This document shows positions 1 through 9,725 of a stretch of 64,000 bases of DNA, in pieces. The notes under the pieces are model-generated. The model was not told the DNA's origin. It saw only the letters and a list, made by a program, of their open reading frames with translations, and made no database searches. The DNA is from Vicinamibacteria bacterium. Lineage in GTDB: Bacteria > Acidobacteriota > Vicinamibacteria > Marinacidobacterales > Marinacidobacteraceae. Both the position numbers and the translations under genes were made by a program. The DNA lies in NCBI GenBank assembly GCA_963668695.2, contig CAXXLQ010000004.1, forward strand, positions 1,696,001-1,760,000. Reading direction: 5' to 3'. Positions within the stretch are counted from its first letter, which is position 1, and every line of letters begins with the position of its first letter.

Positions 1-1460
1 TCCACGATCCAGGCGTCCTTCGAGCCGCCTCCCTGGCTGGAGTTCACCACCAGGCTGCCTTTCTTGAGCGCGACGCGGCAGAGGCCTCCGGGAACGATCT
101 CGGTCCGTTCCGCCTGCAGAATGAACGGCCGGAGGTCCACGTGCCGCGGCTCGATGTGCGCCCCGATGAGGCACGGGGCCCGCGACAGGGCGAGCGTCGG
201 TTGAGAGATGTAGTTGGCCGGGTTCTCCCGGAGCGCTCTCGCAAACTCGGTCCGCTCCGCCTGCGATGCGTGGGGCCCCACCAGCATCCCGTAACCCCCG
301 GACTCCCCGACCATCTTCACCACCAGCTTGTCCAGGTTGGCGAGGGTGTAGGAAAGTCCGTCGCGCTCGCGGCAGAGCGTGGTCGGGATGGGATTGATCA
401 ACGGCTCCTCGCCCAGGTAGTACTTGATGATGCGCGGCACGAAGGCGTAGACCGCCTTGTCGTCGGCGACGCCGGTCCCGGGGGCGTTCGCGATCACGAC
501 CCGGCCCGCCCGGTAGGCGTGGAACAGTCCCGGCACGCCGAGGACCGAGTCTTCGCGGAAGGTGACCGGGTCGATGAAGTCGTCGTCGATACGGCGATAG
601 ATCACGTCCACCTGCCGCAGCCCGGCCGTGGTCCGCATGAACACGCGCCGGTTGTGCACCAGCAGGTCGCGTCCCTCGACCAGGTCGATGCCCATCTGAC
701 GGGCCAGGAAGGCGTGCTCGTAGTAGGCCGAGTTGTAGACGCCGGGGGTGAGCAGGACGATGTTCGGATCGTTCACCTGCGGCGGCGCGAGTGACCGGAG
801 CGTGTCGAGCAGCAGCCGGCTGTACTGCTCCACGTCCCGCACCCGTGAACGCCGGAAGAGTCGCGGCATGCTGCGCTTGAGCGCATCGCGGCAGGCGAGC
901 ATGTAGCTGACGCCGGAAGGCACCCGGAGGTTGTCTTCAAGGACCGCGAACCCGTCGTGGGTCCGCACCAGATCGGTTCCGCAGACCGAGACGTAGGCCC
1001 CGTGCGGGACCTCGATGCCCCGCATTTCGATCCGGTAGTGCTTGTTGCCGTACACCAGTTCGGCGGGAATCACGCCGTCCCGGATGATGAGACCCCCGTG
1101 GTAGATGTCGTGCAGGAACAGGTTAAGCGCCCGGAGACGCTGTTCCAGCCCGCGGGCGACCGCGTCCCAGTCGTCCCCCCGCACGATGCGCGGCAGGCAG
1201 TCGATCGGGAAGACCCGCTCGATGGTCTGCTCGTCGCCGTAGACGGTGAAAGTGATTCCCTCGTGGAGGAACGAGCGGGTGACGCGCTCCTGGATCTGCC
1301 GCAGCTCCTCGGGTGGGGTCTGCCGGATCGTCTCGAAGAAGTCCGCGCAGTGGCTCCGCGGGGACCCGTCGGTCTCGAGCATCTCGTCATAGAACGCCGG
1401 GTTGTGGTCGTACTGACGAAACGCCGGGGTAGCGGCATGGGGCGCCGCAGTTCGGGTCAT
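1..1460 (-). CDS. Circularly permuted type 2 ATP-grasp protein (3' end runs off the window)
   Basis: Manual minus-strand translation from ATG 1460: MTRTAAPHAATPAFRQYDHNPAFYDEML...GITFTVYGDEQTIERVFPIDCLPRI...LEDNLRVPSGVSYM...PGGLCRVALKKGSLVVNSSQGGGSKDAWIV, all family hallmarks. Missing from the ORF track because no stop lies in the window. Confidence 0.9.
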   Translation of the reverse strand, partial: MTRTAAPHAATPAFRQYDHNPAFYDEMLETDGSPRSHCADFFETIRQTPPEELRQIQERVTRSFLHEGITFTVYGDEQTIERVFPIDCLPRIVRGDDWDAVARGLEQRLRALNLFLHDIYHGGLIIRDGVIPAELVYGNKHYRIEMRGIEVPHGAYVSVCGTDLVRTHDGFAVLEDNLRVPSGVSYMLACRDALKRSMPRLFRRSRVRDVEQYSRLLLDTLRSLAPPQVNDPNIVLLTPGVYNSAYYEHAFLARQMGIDLVEGRDLLVHNRRVFMRTTAGLRQVDVIYRRIDDDFIDPVTFREDSVLGVPGLFHAYRAGRVVIANAPGTGVADDKAVYAFVPRIIKYYLGEEPLINPIPTTLCRERDGLSYTLANLDKLVVKMVGESGGYGMLVGPHASQAERTEFARALRENPANYISQPTLALSRAPCLIGAHIEPRHVDLRPFILQAERTEIVPGGLCRVALKKGSLVVNSSQGGGSKDAWIV

Positions 1461-1641
1461 TTAGTAGCCCGTGGGTAAAGTGACGTGAGCACCGAGGCTG
1501 GCCAGTCTCCCGGTGGGGGCGAGGCGCGCGGCTGACAAGGCGCGCGAGGGAGGAGCCCCCACCGGGAGAACTGGCCCGTGTGTATTTCGACCGAAGCGCA
1601 ACGATGAGCGACGCGAAGCGACGCGGTGAACAGCCGGTGGT

Positions 1642-1795
1642 GGATCGCCGGCCGAGCCCCCACCGGGAGAACTGGGCCGCGTGGGTTTCGTCACCGGTTG
1701 TTTGGCCGGGATGGATCGCCAGCCGAGCCCCCACCGGGAGAACTGGGCCGCGTGGGTTTCGTCACCGGCTGTTTGGCCGGGATGCATCGCCGGCC
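1642..1795. repeat. Two tandem ~71-bp units plus a partial third
   Basis: GGATCGCC(G/A)GCCGAGCCCCCACCGGGAGAACTGGGCCGCGTGGGTTTCGTCACCGG.TGTTTGGCCGGGAT at 1642 and 1713. Confidence 0.85.
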
Positions 1796-2247
1796 GCTTC
1801 CGGAGCGGGGCGTGAGCACCGCGGAGACCCCGGAGCGAGACGGAAGGGGGACGGGGACACCCGACTCCCATCCCTCTTGGCTCGGGCTTCCGGAGCGGGG
1901 CGTAAGCACCGTGGAGACCCCGGAGCGGAAGGGACCGGGGGCGGGGGTCACCCGACCCCCATCCCTCTTGGCTCGGGCTTCCGGAGCGGGGCGTGAGCAC
2001 CGCGGAGACCCCGGAGCGGAAGGGACGGGGGGCGGGGTCACCCGACCCCCATCCCTTCTGGCTCGGGCTTCCGGAGCGGGGCGTGAGCACCGCGGAGACC
2101 CCGGAGCGGAAGGGACGGGGGGCGGGGTCACCCGACCACCATCCCTTCTGGCTCGGGCTTCCGGAGCGGGGCGTGAGCACCGCGGAGACCCCGGAGCGGA
2201 AGGGACGGGGGGCGGGGTCACCCGACCACCATCCCTTCTGGCTCGGG
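1796..2247. repeat. Five tandem ~90-bp GC-rich units
   Basis: Unit GCTTCCGGAGCGGGGCGTGAGCACCGCGGAGACCCCGGAGCGGAAGGGACGGGGGGCGGGGTCACCCGACC.CCATCCCTTCTGGCTCGG starts at 1796, 1886, 1977, 2067 and 2157. Later copies are near-identical, the first is more diverged. Confidence 0.95.
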
Positions 2248-2331
2248 AATGCCGCGTGACTTTACGCACGGGGTGCTGGGCCGGGCGTCAGGTCCCGGGA
2301 CGTTCGACCGGACGGCTCTTCATGCGGGCTG

Positions 2332-3636
2332 CTAGGCCGACTTCGGCAAGCCGTTCTTCGCGACGTGCTCGTACACCTCGCAGAAGTAGTCGAGTTCGGC
2401 CATGGTCGTGTAGAGGTTCGGCGTGATCCGGAGTCCCTGAAACTCCTCGTGCATGATCGGGGTCACGATGATGTGGTGCTTGTCCCAGAAGTAGTCCCGG
2501 AGCCGAGGGGCCTCGATCGTTTTCAGGTTGATGTTGCCGATGGCGCAACTCATCTTCGGGTCGCGCGAGGTGTGCAGTTCGGTGTCCGGAAGCGCGGACA
2601 GGCGGTCGGCCCAGGTGTTTTTCAAGTAGCGGAGCCGCGCCTCCTTGTTCTTCGCGCCCACCGTGTTGTGGAAGGTGATCGCCTCGCCGATCGCCACGAA
2701 GTTGGCGGCGGGATGGGTGCCGATCTCCTCGTACTTGCGGATGTCGGCGTCCATGCGCTCGGGGGCCGGCATCATGGGCCAGATCTTCGGGATCTTGTCC
2801 TTCTTCACGTAGAGCATCCCGGTTCCCTTGGGGGCCAGGAGCCACTTGTGGAGGCTCGTGCCGAAGTAGTCGCAGCCGATGTCCTCGTGTTTGAAATCGA
2901 ACTGGGCGAAGGAGTGGGCGCCGTCCACCATGACCTCGACGCCCCGCTCGCGGGCGACGTCGCAGACCGCCTTCACCGGCAGGATCTGCCCGGTGAGGTT
3001 GATCTGATGGGACATCAGGATGATTTTCGTCCGGTCGGTGATGGCGTTCCTGAACCCTTCCACGACCTCTTCATCGGTCTCTGCCGGAGTCGGGATCTGG
3101 ATGAACTTGAGGTCGATCCCCTCGCGGCGTATCCGTTGGCGGATGGTGGTGAGCATCCGCCCATAGTCCTGGGTGGTGGTGAGGATCTCGTCGCCGGATT
3201 GGAGATCCATGCCAAGTAGCAGGATTTCCATGGCTTCCGAGGTGTTCCGGACGAGCGCGACCTCCTCGGGGTCACATCCGAAGACCGTCGCGAGCCGCTG
3301 CCGCACGTTCTCCTTGCGGGGCTCCAGGATCTCCCACATCGTGTACACGGGGGCTTCCTCCTGCTGCCAGGTGTAGCGGACGAACGCTTCGGTGACCATC
3401 CGGGGTGACGGGCAGACCCCGCCGTTGTTCAGGTTGATGATCGAGCGCGAAACGCTGAACGCCTGCTGGACTTCGCTCCAGTAGTTCTCGTCGCCGGCCA
3501 GATCGTCAGCGCTCCGCCCGGACGCTCGCTGCGCCGCCGCTTCGACGTTGTGGATCGTCTCCGGTCCAAAAAGCGTGGTGACGAACGCAGCGCTGCCCGC
3601 TTCGCCCATCGAACTGAGAAACCGCCTGCGTCGCAT
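2332..3636 (-). CDS. Class V PLP aminotransferase (isopenicillin N epimerase/cysteine desulfurase-like) with Tat-like leader
   Basis: LNNGGVCPSP, VDGAHSF, TSLHKWLLAPKGTG (PLP lysine); N-terminus MRRRRFL. Confidence 0.88.
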   Translation of the reverse strand: MRRRRFLSSMGEAGSAAFVTTLFGPETIHNVEAAAQRASGRSADDLAGDENYWSEVQQAFSVSRSIINLNNGGVCPSPRMVTEAFVRYTWQQEEAPVYTMWEILEPRKENVRQRLATVFGCDPEEVALVRNTSEAMEILLLGMDLQSGDEILTTTQDYGRMLTTIRQRIRREGIDLKFIQIPTPAETDEEVVEGFRNAITDRTKIILMSHQINLTGQILPVKAVCDVARERGVEVMVDGAHSFAQFDFKHEDIGCDYFGTSLHKWLLAPKGTGMLYVKKDKIPKIWPMMPAPERMDADIRKYEEIGTHPAANFVAIGEAITFHNTVGAKNKEARLRYLKNTWADRLSALPDTELHTSRDPKMSCAIGNINLKTIEAPRLRDYFWDKHHIIVTPIMHEEFQGLRITPNLYTTMAELDYFCEVYEHVAKNGLPKSA

Positions 3637-3801
3637 CGCTTTTCCACTCCTTAAAGGGAACTCGGGGCCGCAGCCGAGTCGTCGGACGGAGCCCTGAATT
3701 CAGGGCAATGTACCACTTCGGTCGGCGCCGGAAGCCTGGCTCGTGTCCTGGCTGGAAGGCCCCCGCCGGTGGGCCGAATCCGCATTCACTACCATCCCGC
3801 C

Positions 3802-5328
3802 ATGCTCGACACTCTCTCCGATCTGCTGCGCCGGATACCGCCGATCTTCGATTCGACCGTGGGTCACCTCGTGATCGCGCTGGGCGTCCTGGTGGCCGCC
3901 TTCGGTTTCGCGCTGGCGGTGGTCATCCTGCTCCGCCGGGCTCTGTTCCGCCTGGGTCTGAGGGAAAAGGTGGCCGCGCGGGTCGCCGGCGGGGTGCGCC
4001 TCGTGCTGGGGCCGGAACGGGCCGCCCGCCAGGATGTGGATGCCCTCGCGGGCCGGATCGTTTTCTGGGGTCTCCTGGTTCTGGTCGGCGCCGGAGTGGC
4101 CTCGGTGGTGGATTTGTCGAGCATCGGCGGCATCGGTGGAACGATGCTCGGGCGGATCATGGCGATGGCGGCCCAGTTGGGGCGGGCTCTCGTGGTGTTC
4201 CTCGCGGCCTGGTTCCTGGCCGCGGTGCTCCGCCGCGCCGTGCGGGTGGCGCTCGAGGCGGCCGGCGTGGACGAGCGGCTCGATCGGGGGGACGACCGGC
4301 CGCCAGGACGGATCTCGCATGCGGTCCCCGAGGTCGTCTACTGGATCGTGCTGCTGCTGTTCCTTCCACCGATCCTGAAGGCGCTCGAACTCGAGGGCGT
4401 GCTGCTTCCGATCGAGACGATCTTGAATCAGGTGATCACCTTCCTTCCGAACGTCCTCGGCGCGATCATCATCTTTCTCGTCGGCTGGTTCATCGCCCGG
4501 ATTGCGAAGGCGCTGGTGACGAATCTGCTCGCCGCGGTGGGACTCGACAGCGCCGCGGAAAGGCTCGGCCTGCGGCGGGTTCTGGGTTCGAGGACGCCTT
4601 CCGCGCTCCTCGGCGGGATCGCCTATCTGTTGGTGCTCTTCCCCGTGATCCTGACCGGTCTCGACCGCCTGAGCCTCGACGTGATCACCGGACCGGCGAG
4701 CGAGATGCTGGGTCGGGTCTTTGCCGCCCTGCCGCTCCTCCTGGTGGCGGTGGCGCTGCTCGTGACGGCCTACGTGGTGGGTTGGATCATCTCGAACCTG
4801 GCGCGCGATCTCCTGCGGGAAGCCGGTTTCGACCACGTGCTCACCCGGATCGGGCTGACCAGCACGACAACCGGCGACGAGTTCGCGGCTTCGAACGTCG
4901 TGCGGGTGGTGGTGCTGGCTCTCATCATGCTGTTTGCGAGCATCGAGGCGGCGAGCCTCGTCGGGTTCGAGAACGCGGCGGACCTCCTGGCGCTGCTGCT
5001 CCAGTTCGCCGGCCACTTCCTGCTGGGAGTGGTGTTCCTGGGATTCGGGGTCTTCCTCGCCAACCTCTCGGCGCGCGGGATTCTGGCGGGTTCGATCCCG
5101 CAGGCGCGGCTGCTGGCGCTCGCGGCGCGGGTAGGCATCCTCCTGTTCACCACCGCGGTCGGGCTAAGCCTGATGGGAATCGCCAACGAGATCATCGAGC
5201 TGGCCTTCGGCATCGTGCTCGGAGCGATCGCGGTGTCTTTCGCGGTGGCCTTCGGTCTTGGCGGCCGCGACGCCGCGGCCAGGCAGATTGAGCGCTGGCA
5301 ATCGCGGATGTCCGACGAAGATCGCTGA
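3802..5328 (+). CDS. Multi-TM-helix mechanosensitive-channel-related (CmpX-like) membrane protein
   Basis: Repeated hydrophobic helices with FLPNVLGAIIIFLVGWFIARI and C-terminal AVAFGLGGRDAA. Confidence 0.78.
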   Translation: MLDTLSDLLRRIPPIFDSTVGHLVIALGVLVAAFGFALAVVILLRRALFRLGLREKVAARVAGGVRLVLGPERAARQDVDALAGRIVFWGLLVLVGAGVASVVDLSSIGGIGGTMLGRIMAMAAQLGRALVVFLAAWFLAAVLRRAVRVALEAAGVDERLDRGDDRPPGRISHAVPEVVYWIVLLLFLPPILKALELEGVLLPIETILNQVITFLPNVLGAIIIFLVGWFIARIAKALVTNLLAAVGLDSAAERLGLRRVLGSRTPSALLGGIAYLLVLFPVILTGLDRLSLDVITGPASEMLGRVFAALPLLLVAVALLVTAYVVGWIISNLARDLLREAGFDHVLTRIGLTSTTTGDEFAASNVVRVVVLALIMLFASIEAASLVGFENAADLLALLLQFAGHFLLGVVFLGFGVFLANLSARGILAGSIPQARLLALAARVGILLFTTAVGLSLMGIANEIIELAFGIVLGAIAVSFAVAFGLGGRDAAARQIERWQSRMSDEDR

Positions 5329-5338
5329 TCGGCCGGGC

Positions 5339-7399
5339 ATGGAAGGCAAGCTCGCCGGCTATTCCTGGCAGGGGCGCGCGATCCGCCGCGCCGCGGTCAT
5401 CGGCTCGGGTCAGATCGGGCCGGATATCGCCCTCCACCTGGTCAAGACGCTCGCGCCGCACGGGGTGGAGACCGCGGTCCTGGACATTTCGGAGGCGGCG
5501 CTCGAGTCCGGCCGGCGGAAGATGTTCGGGAAGATCGAGAAGGGTCGCCAGTCGGGGGCGTTCAAGGACGCCCAGGCCGAGCGGATGCGGTCAGCGGTCG
5601 ATTTCACGAGCGACTACGGCCGGCTCGCCGGCGTGGACCTGGTCATCGAGGCGGCTTCCGAGGATCTCGCGATCAAACGGCGCATCTTCGCCTCGGTCGA
5701 GGAGCTCGCGGCCCCCGGGGCGGTCCTCCTGTCGAATTCGTCGCACATCGAGCCGTCCCGCATCTTTGCCGAGCTATCCCGGCCGGGACGCGCCGCCGTC
5801 GCCCACTACTTCTTCCCGGCGGAGCGGAACCCGGTCGTCGAGATCGTTGCCGCCGAGTCCGCCCGGGGGCTCGTCCCCTGGCTCCTCGGTTTTTACGAGG
5901 AGATCGGCAAGGTGCCGGTCGCGGTCGCGAGCCGTTTCGGCCACGCCCTGAACCCCATCTTCGAAGGGCTCTTTCTGGCGGCCGCACTCGCGGTGGAGGA
6001 AGGGCTCGGAACCTCGAAGGAGGTGGACGACGTCGCCCGCCGGGCGCTCCGACTCGGGATCGGGCCCTTCACCGCCATGAACCTCACCGGCGGGAACCCG
6101 ATAGGCCACGAGGGGTTCGCCGCGATGCACGAGCGCCTCCACCCCTGGTTCCGGGTTCCCCGCCTCCTCGACGAAGCGATGGCCGAGGGCGGGCCCACCG
6201 GCCGGGTCTGGGAGGTGCCGGCGCGGGGCGAGAAAGTGCCCGTTCCGGAGCAGCGGAAGCGGGCCATCGAGGAACGGATTACCGCCGCCTACCTCGGACT
6301 CGCGGCCTGGACCGCCGCCGAAGGGGCGATCTCGGTTCCCGATCTGGACATGTCCTGCCACCTCGCGCTGGCGGTCGTCCACCCGTTCGGCCTCATGCGG
6401 AAGCTGGGGGCGGCACGGGTTTCGGACCTTCTCGCGTCCTACCGGGAACGGGAGCCCGATTTCTTCGACCCCGCGGACTTCGCTTCGCAGCTTCCCGATT
6501 GGACGTCCCGCCCGGTGCCCCGGGTGGGGAGGAGCGACGTTCCGGCAGGGACCGGCGCGGTGGCGGTGCTGACCATCCGCCGGCCGGAAGTGCTGGGGGC
6601 GCTCGACGAGGAGGTCTTCGCCGAGTTCGATGCGCGTCTCGACGAGGTGGCGGCGGATGACGCTGTCCTCGGAGTCGTCTTCACCGGGTTCGGAGTCAAG
6701 GCCTTTGTGTCGGGAGCCGACATTCGCATGCTGGCCCGCATCGGGTCACCCGGCGACGGGGAGCGGCTCTCGCGGGCCTCCCACCGGATCCTTGACCGGA
6801 TCGCGGGGTTCCAGAAGCCGGTGGTCTGCGCGCTGAACGGGATGGCCGTCGGGGGCGGGAACGAGCTGGCCATGGCCTGCCACGCCCGGATCGCGCGCGA
6901 GGGACTCCGGGTTCTCGCCAGCCAGCCCGAGCCGAACATCGGCATCATTCCGGGCGCCGGGGGGACGCAGCGGCTGCCCCGTCTCATCGGGGTGGAGGCG
7001 GCGTGGGAGATCCTCCGGACCGGGCGGGCCGTTTCGGCGAAGGAGGCGCTCGCGCTGGGCCTCGTCAGCGAGCTGGTCCCGGGGGAGCGGCTGCGGGAGC
7101 GGGCGGTTCAGGTGGTCGCCGAGGCCGCGTCGGACGGCGGGTCCCTGCCGGAGATGCCGGACGGCCCCATCCCCGTTCCGGACGAGTTGCCCGAAGTGGA
7201 CATCGGCCATCTTTCCCGGCCCGTGGACGCCCTCATCCAGAGGGCCGTCCGGGAGGGGGCCGCCACGGATCTCGCTTCCGGCCTGGACCTCGAAATCCGC
7301 CTCTTCGGCGAGGGCTGCGCCCTTGAGGACATGGGGATCGGGGTCCGGAACTTCATCGAGAACGGTCCGCGGACCAGAGCAGCGTTCGCCCACCGCTGA
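5339..7399 (+). CDS. Fused 3-hydroxyacyl-CoA dehydrogenase / enoyl-CoA hydratase
   Basis: N-terminal VIGSGQIG, VIEAASEDLAIK, SNSSH and HYFFPAERN; C-terminal crotonase FVSGADI, GGGNELAMACH and PGAGGTQRLPRLIG. Confidence 0.9.
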   Translation: MEGKLAGYSWQGRAIRRAAVIGSGQIGPDIALHLVKTLAPHGVETAVLDISEAALESGRRKMFGKIEKGRQSGAFKDAQAERMRSAVDFTSDYGRLAGVDLVIEAASEDLAIKRRIFASVEELAAPGAVLLSNSSHIEPSRIFAELSRPGRAAVAHYFFPAERNPVVEIVAAESARGLVPWLLGFYEEIGKVPVAVASRFGHALNPIFEGLFLAAALAVEEGLGTSKEVDDVARRALRLGIGPFTAMNLTGGNPIGHEGFAAMHERLHPWFRVPRLLDEAMAEGGPTGRVWEVPARGEKVPVPEQRKRAIEERITAAYLGLAAWTAAEGAISVPDLDMSCHLALAVVHPFGLMRKLGAARVSDLLASYREREPDFFDPADFASQLPDWTSRPVPRVGRSDVPAGTGAVAVLTIRRPEVLGALDEEVFAEFDARLDEVAADDAVLGVVFTGFGVKAFVSGADIRMLARIGSPGDGERLSRASHRILDRIAGFQKPVVCALNGMAVGGGNELAMACHARIAREGLRVLASQPEPNIGIIPGAGGTQRLPRLIGVEAAWEILRTGRAVSAKEALALGLVSELVPGERLRERAVQVVAEAASDGGSLPEMPDGPIPVPDELPEVDIGHLSRPVDALIQRAVREGAATDLASGLDLEIRLFGEGCALEDMGIGVRNFIENGPRTRAAFAHR

Positions 7400-7481
7400 T
7401 CGCGCGGACACCGAGCGGCGAGAACTGCGCCGCCATCCACCGGGGGGCGCCGGCGAAGAAACCCCGCCGCGGCGCCCGCGA

Positions 7482-8423
7482 CTACTTGCCCAGGCTGTCC
7501 CAGATGTCGTTCATGCCGAGTTGGTAAGCCATCTGCTGGAGCGAATCGGCGGTCTTCCTTTCGAGGGGGATTCCGCGGGTACGGTGCTGTTCTTCGACGG
7601 CGGCGGCCTCCTGGCCCGGATAGTCGATCCGGGCCCGGCGCAGTGGGGCGAGCCGCTCCACCATCCGGTTCCGGAAGCCGGCCCAGGGGGCGAAGGCGCG
7701 GATCCGAAAGGCGAGGAAGAAGTGACCGGTGCCGCGGTGGGTGGGGTCGGGGTGGGGTTCCGCGGCGAGTTCCTCGGGGAGCGCCGCCCCCCCGAGCGTC
7801 ATGAGGAACTCGAGCGCGAGGCCGAGGGCGACAGCGCGCTCATCGCCCTCCGGGGGAAGGTTCAGGCTCAGGACCATTGGAGCGGCGGTTTCTGCGGTGG
7901 GGACCGCGATTCCGAGCGCCACCGGGTCGCTGGCGGGTAGCCGCTCCCCGTCGCCGGGGCGGACGGGTTCGCTCGCCATCGCGATTCCCGCCATCTGGTG
8001 AGAGAGGGCGATCGCCGCGAAATATCCCGGCGACCCCATCCGGTTGCTCCGGCGCACGGCGGTGCTGCCGATGCCGTGGCGGTTCGCACCGCTGATGGCC
8101 TCGATCATCGCGCGCCAGGCGATCGCCGGGCCGGGCCCGTTGTCCCCGTCGAGCACCGCGGTCCCCCCCGAGGAGGAGACAACTTGCATGTCCGGGGCCG
8201 GATTCACATGCCGCGTGGAGAGCCCGGTGACGAGTCCCGGCAGCCACGCCACCCCGTCCTGGTCTTCGCCCATCAGATTGGCGCCCACCATGGCGTCCGC
8301 GGTGTGGGAGGCCAGCTCGGGCGCGAGCCGGACCCGTTTCAGCGTCTCCCGGATAAAGAAATGGAGCTGTCCGTGCCGGACTCGTAGCGGGGAGCCGTCT
8401 CCGGTCACCAAAGAAGAAGTCAT
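7482..8423 (-). CDS. Ldh_2 (malate/lactate/ureidoglycolate dehydrogenase) family protein, divergent
   Basis: From MTSSLV: VLDGDNGPG, HGIGSTAVRRSNRMG, GHFFLAF, YPGQEA...RGIPL; ATGA overlap with the upstream gene. Confidence 0.72.
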   Translation of the reverse strand: MTSSLVTGDGSPLRVRHGQLHFFIRETLKRVRLAPELASHTADAMVGANLMGEDQDGVAWLPGLVTGLSTRHVNPAPDMQVVSSSGGTAVLDGDNGPGPAIAWRAMIEAISGANRHGIGSTAVRRSNRMGSPGYFAAIALSHQMAGIAMASEPVRPGDGERLPASDPVALGIAVPTAETAAPMVLSLNLPPEGDERAVALGLALEFLMTLGGAALPEELAAEPHPDPTHRGTGHFFLAFRIRAFAPWAGFRNRMVERLAPLRRARIDYPGQEAAAVEEQHRTRGIPLERKTADSLQQMAYQLGMNDIWDSLGK

Positions 8424-9718
8424 GAGAACAGATCCCGGAGCGTGCCGCTCCAACCCCAGAAGAGAACCACCACGATGGCCGCGGGGATCACCCAGCGGAT
8501 CCAGAAGAGCCAGAGGCCGCCCGGAGGCTTCGTCGAGCCCCGGCCCGCCTCGGCGAGCGCCCGGCCCCGCGAGACGAAGAACCCTAGACCGATCAGGGTG
8601 AGCGCCGAACCGATCGGCTGCATCGTGGAGCCCCAGATGAGGTCGCTCCACCCCAGGTAGTCGGCGCTCACCATGGACGGTAGCGCGACCGGGATCTGGA
8701 GGGCCACCACCGCCGCGATCACCTGCGGCCGGCTCCAGCCGGTCCAGGGGACGACCGAGTTCACGATCACCTCGAGCGCGGCGAGCGCCGACAGGAAGGC
8801 GGCGAGGAAGAGTGCGAGGAAGAACACCGGACCGAAGAACTCGCCGCCCGGCATGGCGGCGAAGACCCGGGGCAGGGTGAAGAACACGAGCGGCGGACCC
8901 GAGGCCGGCTCCACCCCGAGGGCGAAGGCGGCCGGGAGCACGGCGAGCCCACCCAGGATGGCGGCGCCCGTGTCGCCCAAGATCGTCGAGGCGGCGAGGC
9001 GGCGCAGGTTGGCGGTCGAGGGCAGATAGCTGCCGTAGGCGAGGAAGAAGGTGCCTCCGAGCGAGAGGCTGAAGAACGCCTGCCCGAGCGCCGCCAGGAA
9101 GGTCTCGGCGTTGACCCGGTCGAAGTCGGGCCAGAGCAGGTAGCGGACGCCCTCGGAGGCGCCCGGAAGGGTGACGGAACGGACCGCCACGACGACGAGT
9201 CCGATCCCCACGAGCGGCATCGCGATTCGTGACAGCCGCTCGACGCCGCGCCGCACCCCGAAGGCCGCCACCAGCCCCATGGCCCCGAAGACCAGGACGG
9301 TGAGGCTGAGGTTGAGCCCCGTGATGCCGCCGAAGTTTTCGGCGTAGAACGCCTCGGGTTCGGGGACCACGCCGCCGAGTGCCGCATAAAAGAGGACCTG
9401 GGCCACCACCACCGTGTAGTAGGAGCAGGCCATGAACACGGTAAGGACGAGCAGGCCCCCCACGAAGCGGCCGCCGGGCATCCCGATCTTCGTGAAGGCG
9501 CCGCCCGGGCCGGCGCGGGTCAGGCGTCCGAGACTCCATTCGGCCATGAGCGCCGGAGCGCCGAGGAGGAGCACGAACGCGAGATAGATCGCGACGAACG
9601 CTCCGCCTCCGTACCGGCCCGCCAGGTAGGGAAACCGCCAGATGTTGGCAAGCCCCACCGCGACCCCGATGAGGGTCATCGCGGTCCCGAAACGGGTCCC
9701 GAAGCGTTCGTCGCTCAC
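8420..9718 (-). CDS. Sodium-dependent transporter, NSS/SNF family
   Basis: GVAVGLANIWRFPYLAGRYGGGAF signature; ALGQAFFSLSLG. Confidence 0.93.
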   Translation of the reverse strand: MSDERFGTRFGTAMTLIGVAVGLANIWRFPYLAGRYGGGAFVAIYLAFVLLLGAPALMAEWSLGRLTRAGPGGAFTKIGMPGGRFVGGLLVLTVFMACSYYTVVVAQVLFYAALGGVVPEPEAFYAENFGGITGLNLSLTVLVFGAMGLVAAFGVRRGVERLSRIAMPLVGIGLVVVAVRSVTLPGASEGVRYLLWPDFDRVNAETFLAALGQAFFSLSLGGTFFLAYGSYLPSTANLRRLAASTILGDTGAAILGGLAVLPAAFALGVEPASGPPLVFFTLPRVFAAMPGGEFFGPVFFLALFLAAFLSALAALEVIVNSVVPWTGWSRPQVIAAVVALQIPVALPSMVSADYLGWSDLIWGSTMQPIGSALTLIGLGFFVSRGRALAEAGRGSTKPPGGLWLFWIRWVIPAAIVVVLFWGWSGTLRDLFS

Positions 9719-9725
9719 GCGATCC

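Larger units (their letters stand above)
1461..2279. mobile_element. Expanded MITE-like element (family of 15916-16120 and 33710-33932) carrying internal tandem arrays
   Basis: 1461-1630 is the reverse complement of the right part of the 15916-16120 element. Left end TTAGTAGCCCGTGGGTAAAGTGAC has a degenerate inverted partner GTGACTTTACGCACGGGGTGCTGG at 2256-2279. Confidence 0.7.

Noticed and set aside
141-1478. Plus-strand ORFs at the window start
   Set aside because: Shadows of the minus-strand ATP-grasp gene.
1642-2247. CRISPR array
   Set aside because: Units repeat end to end with no unique spacers, and no cas genes are present.
1461-2426. Repetitive Pro/Arg/Gly ORFs across the tandem array
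   Set aside because: Open in several frames only because 90-bp GC-rich units lack stops; no RBS or family motif.
7482-9539. 685-aa ORF as a single protein
   Set aside because: The N-terminal part overlaps the NSS transporter out of frame; the real gene starts at 8423.
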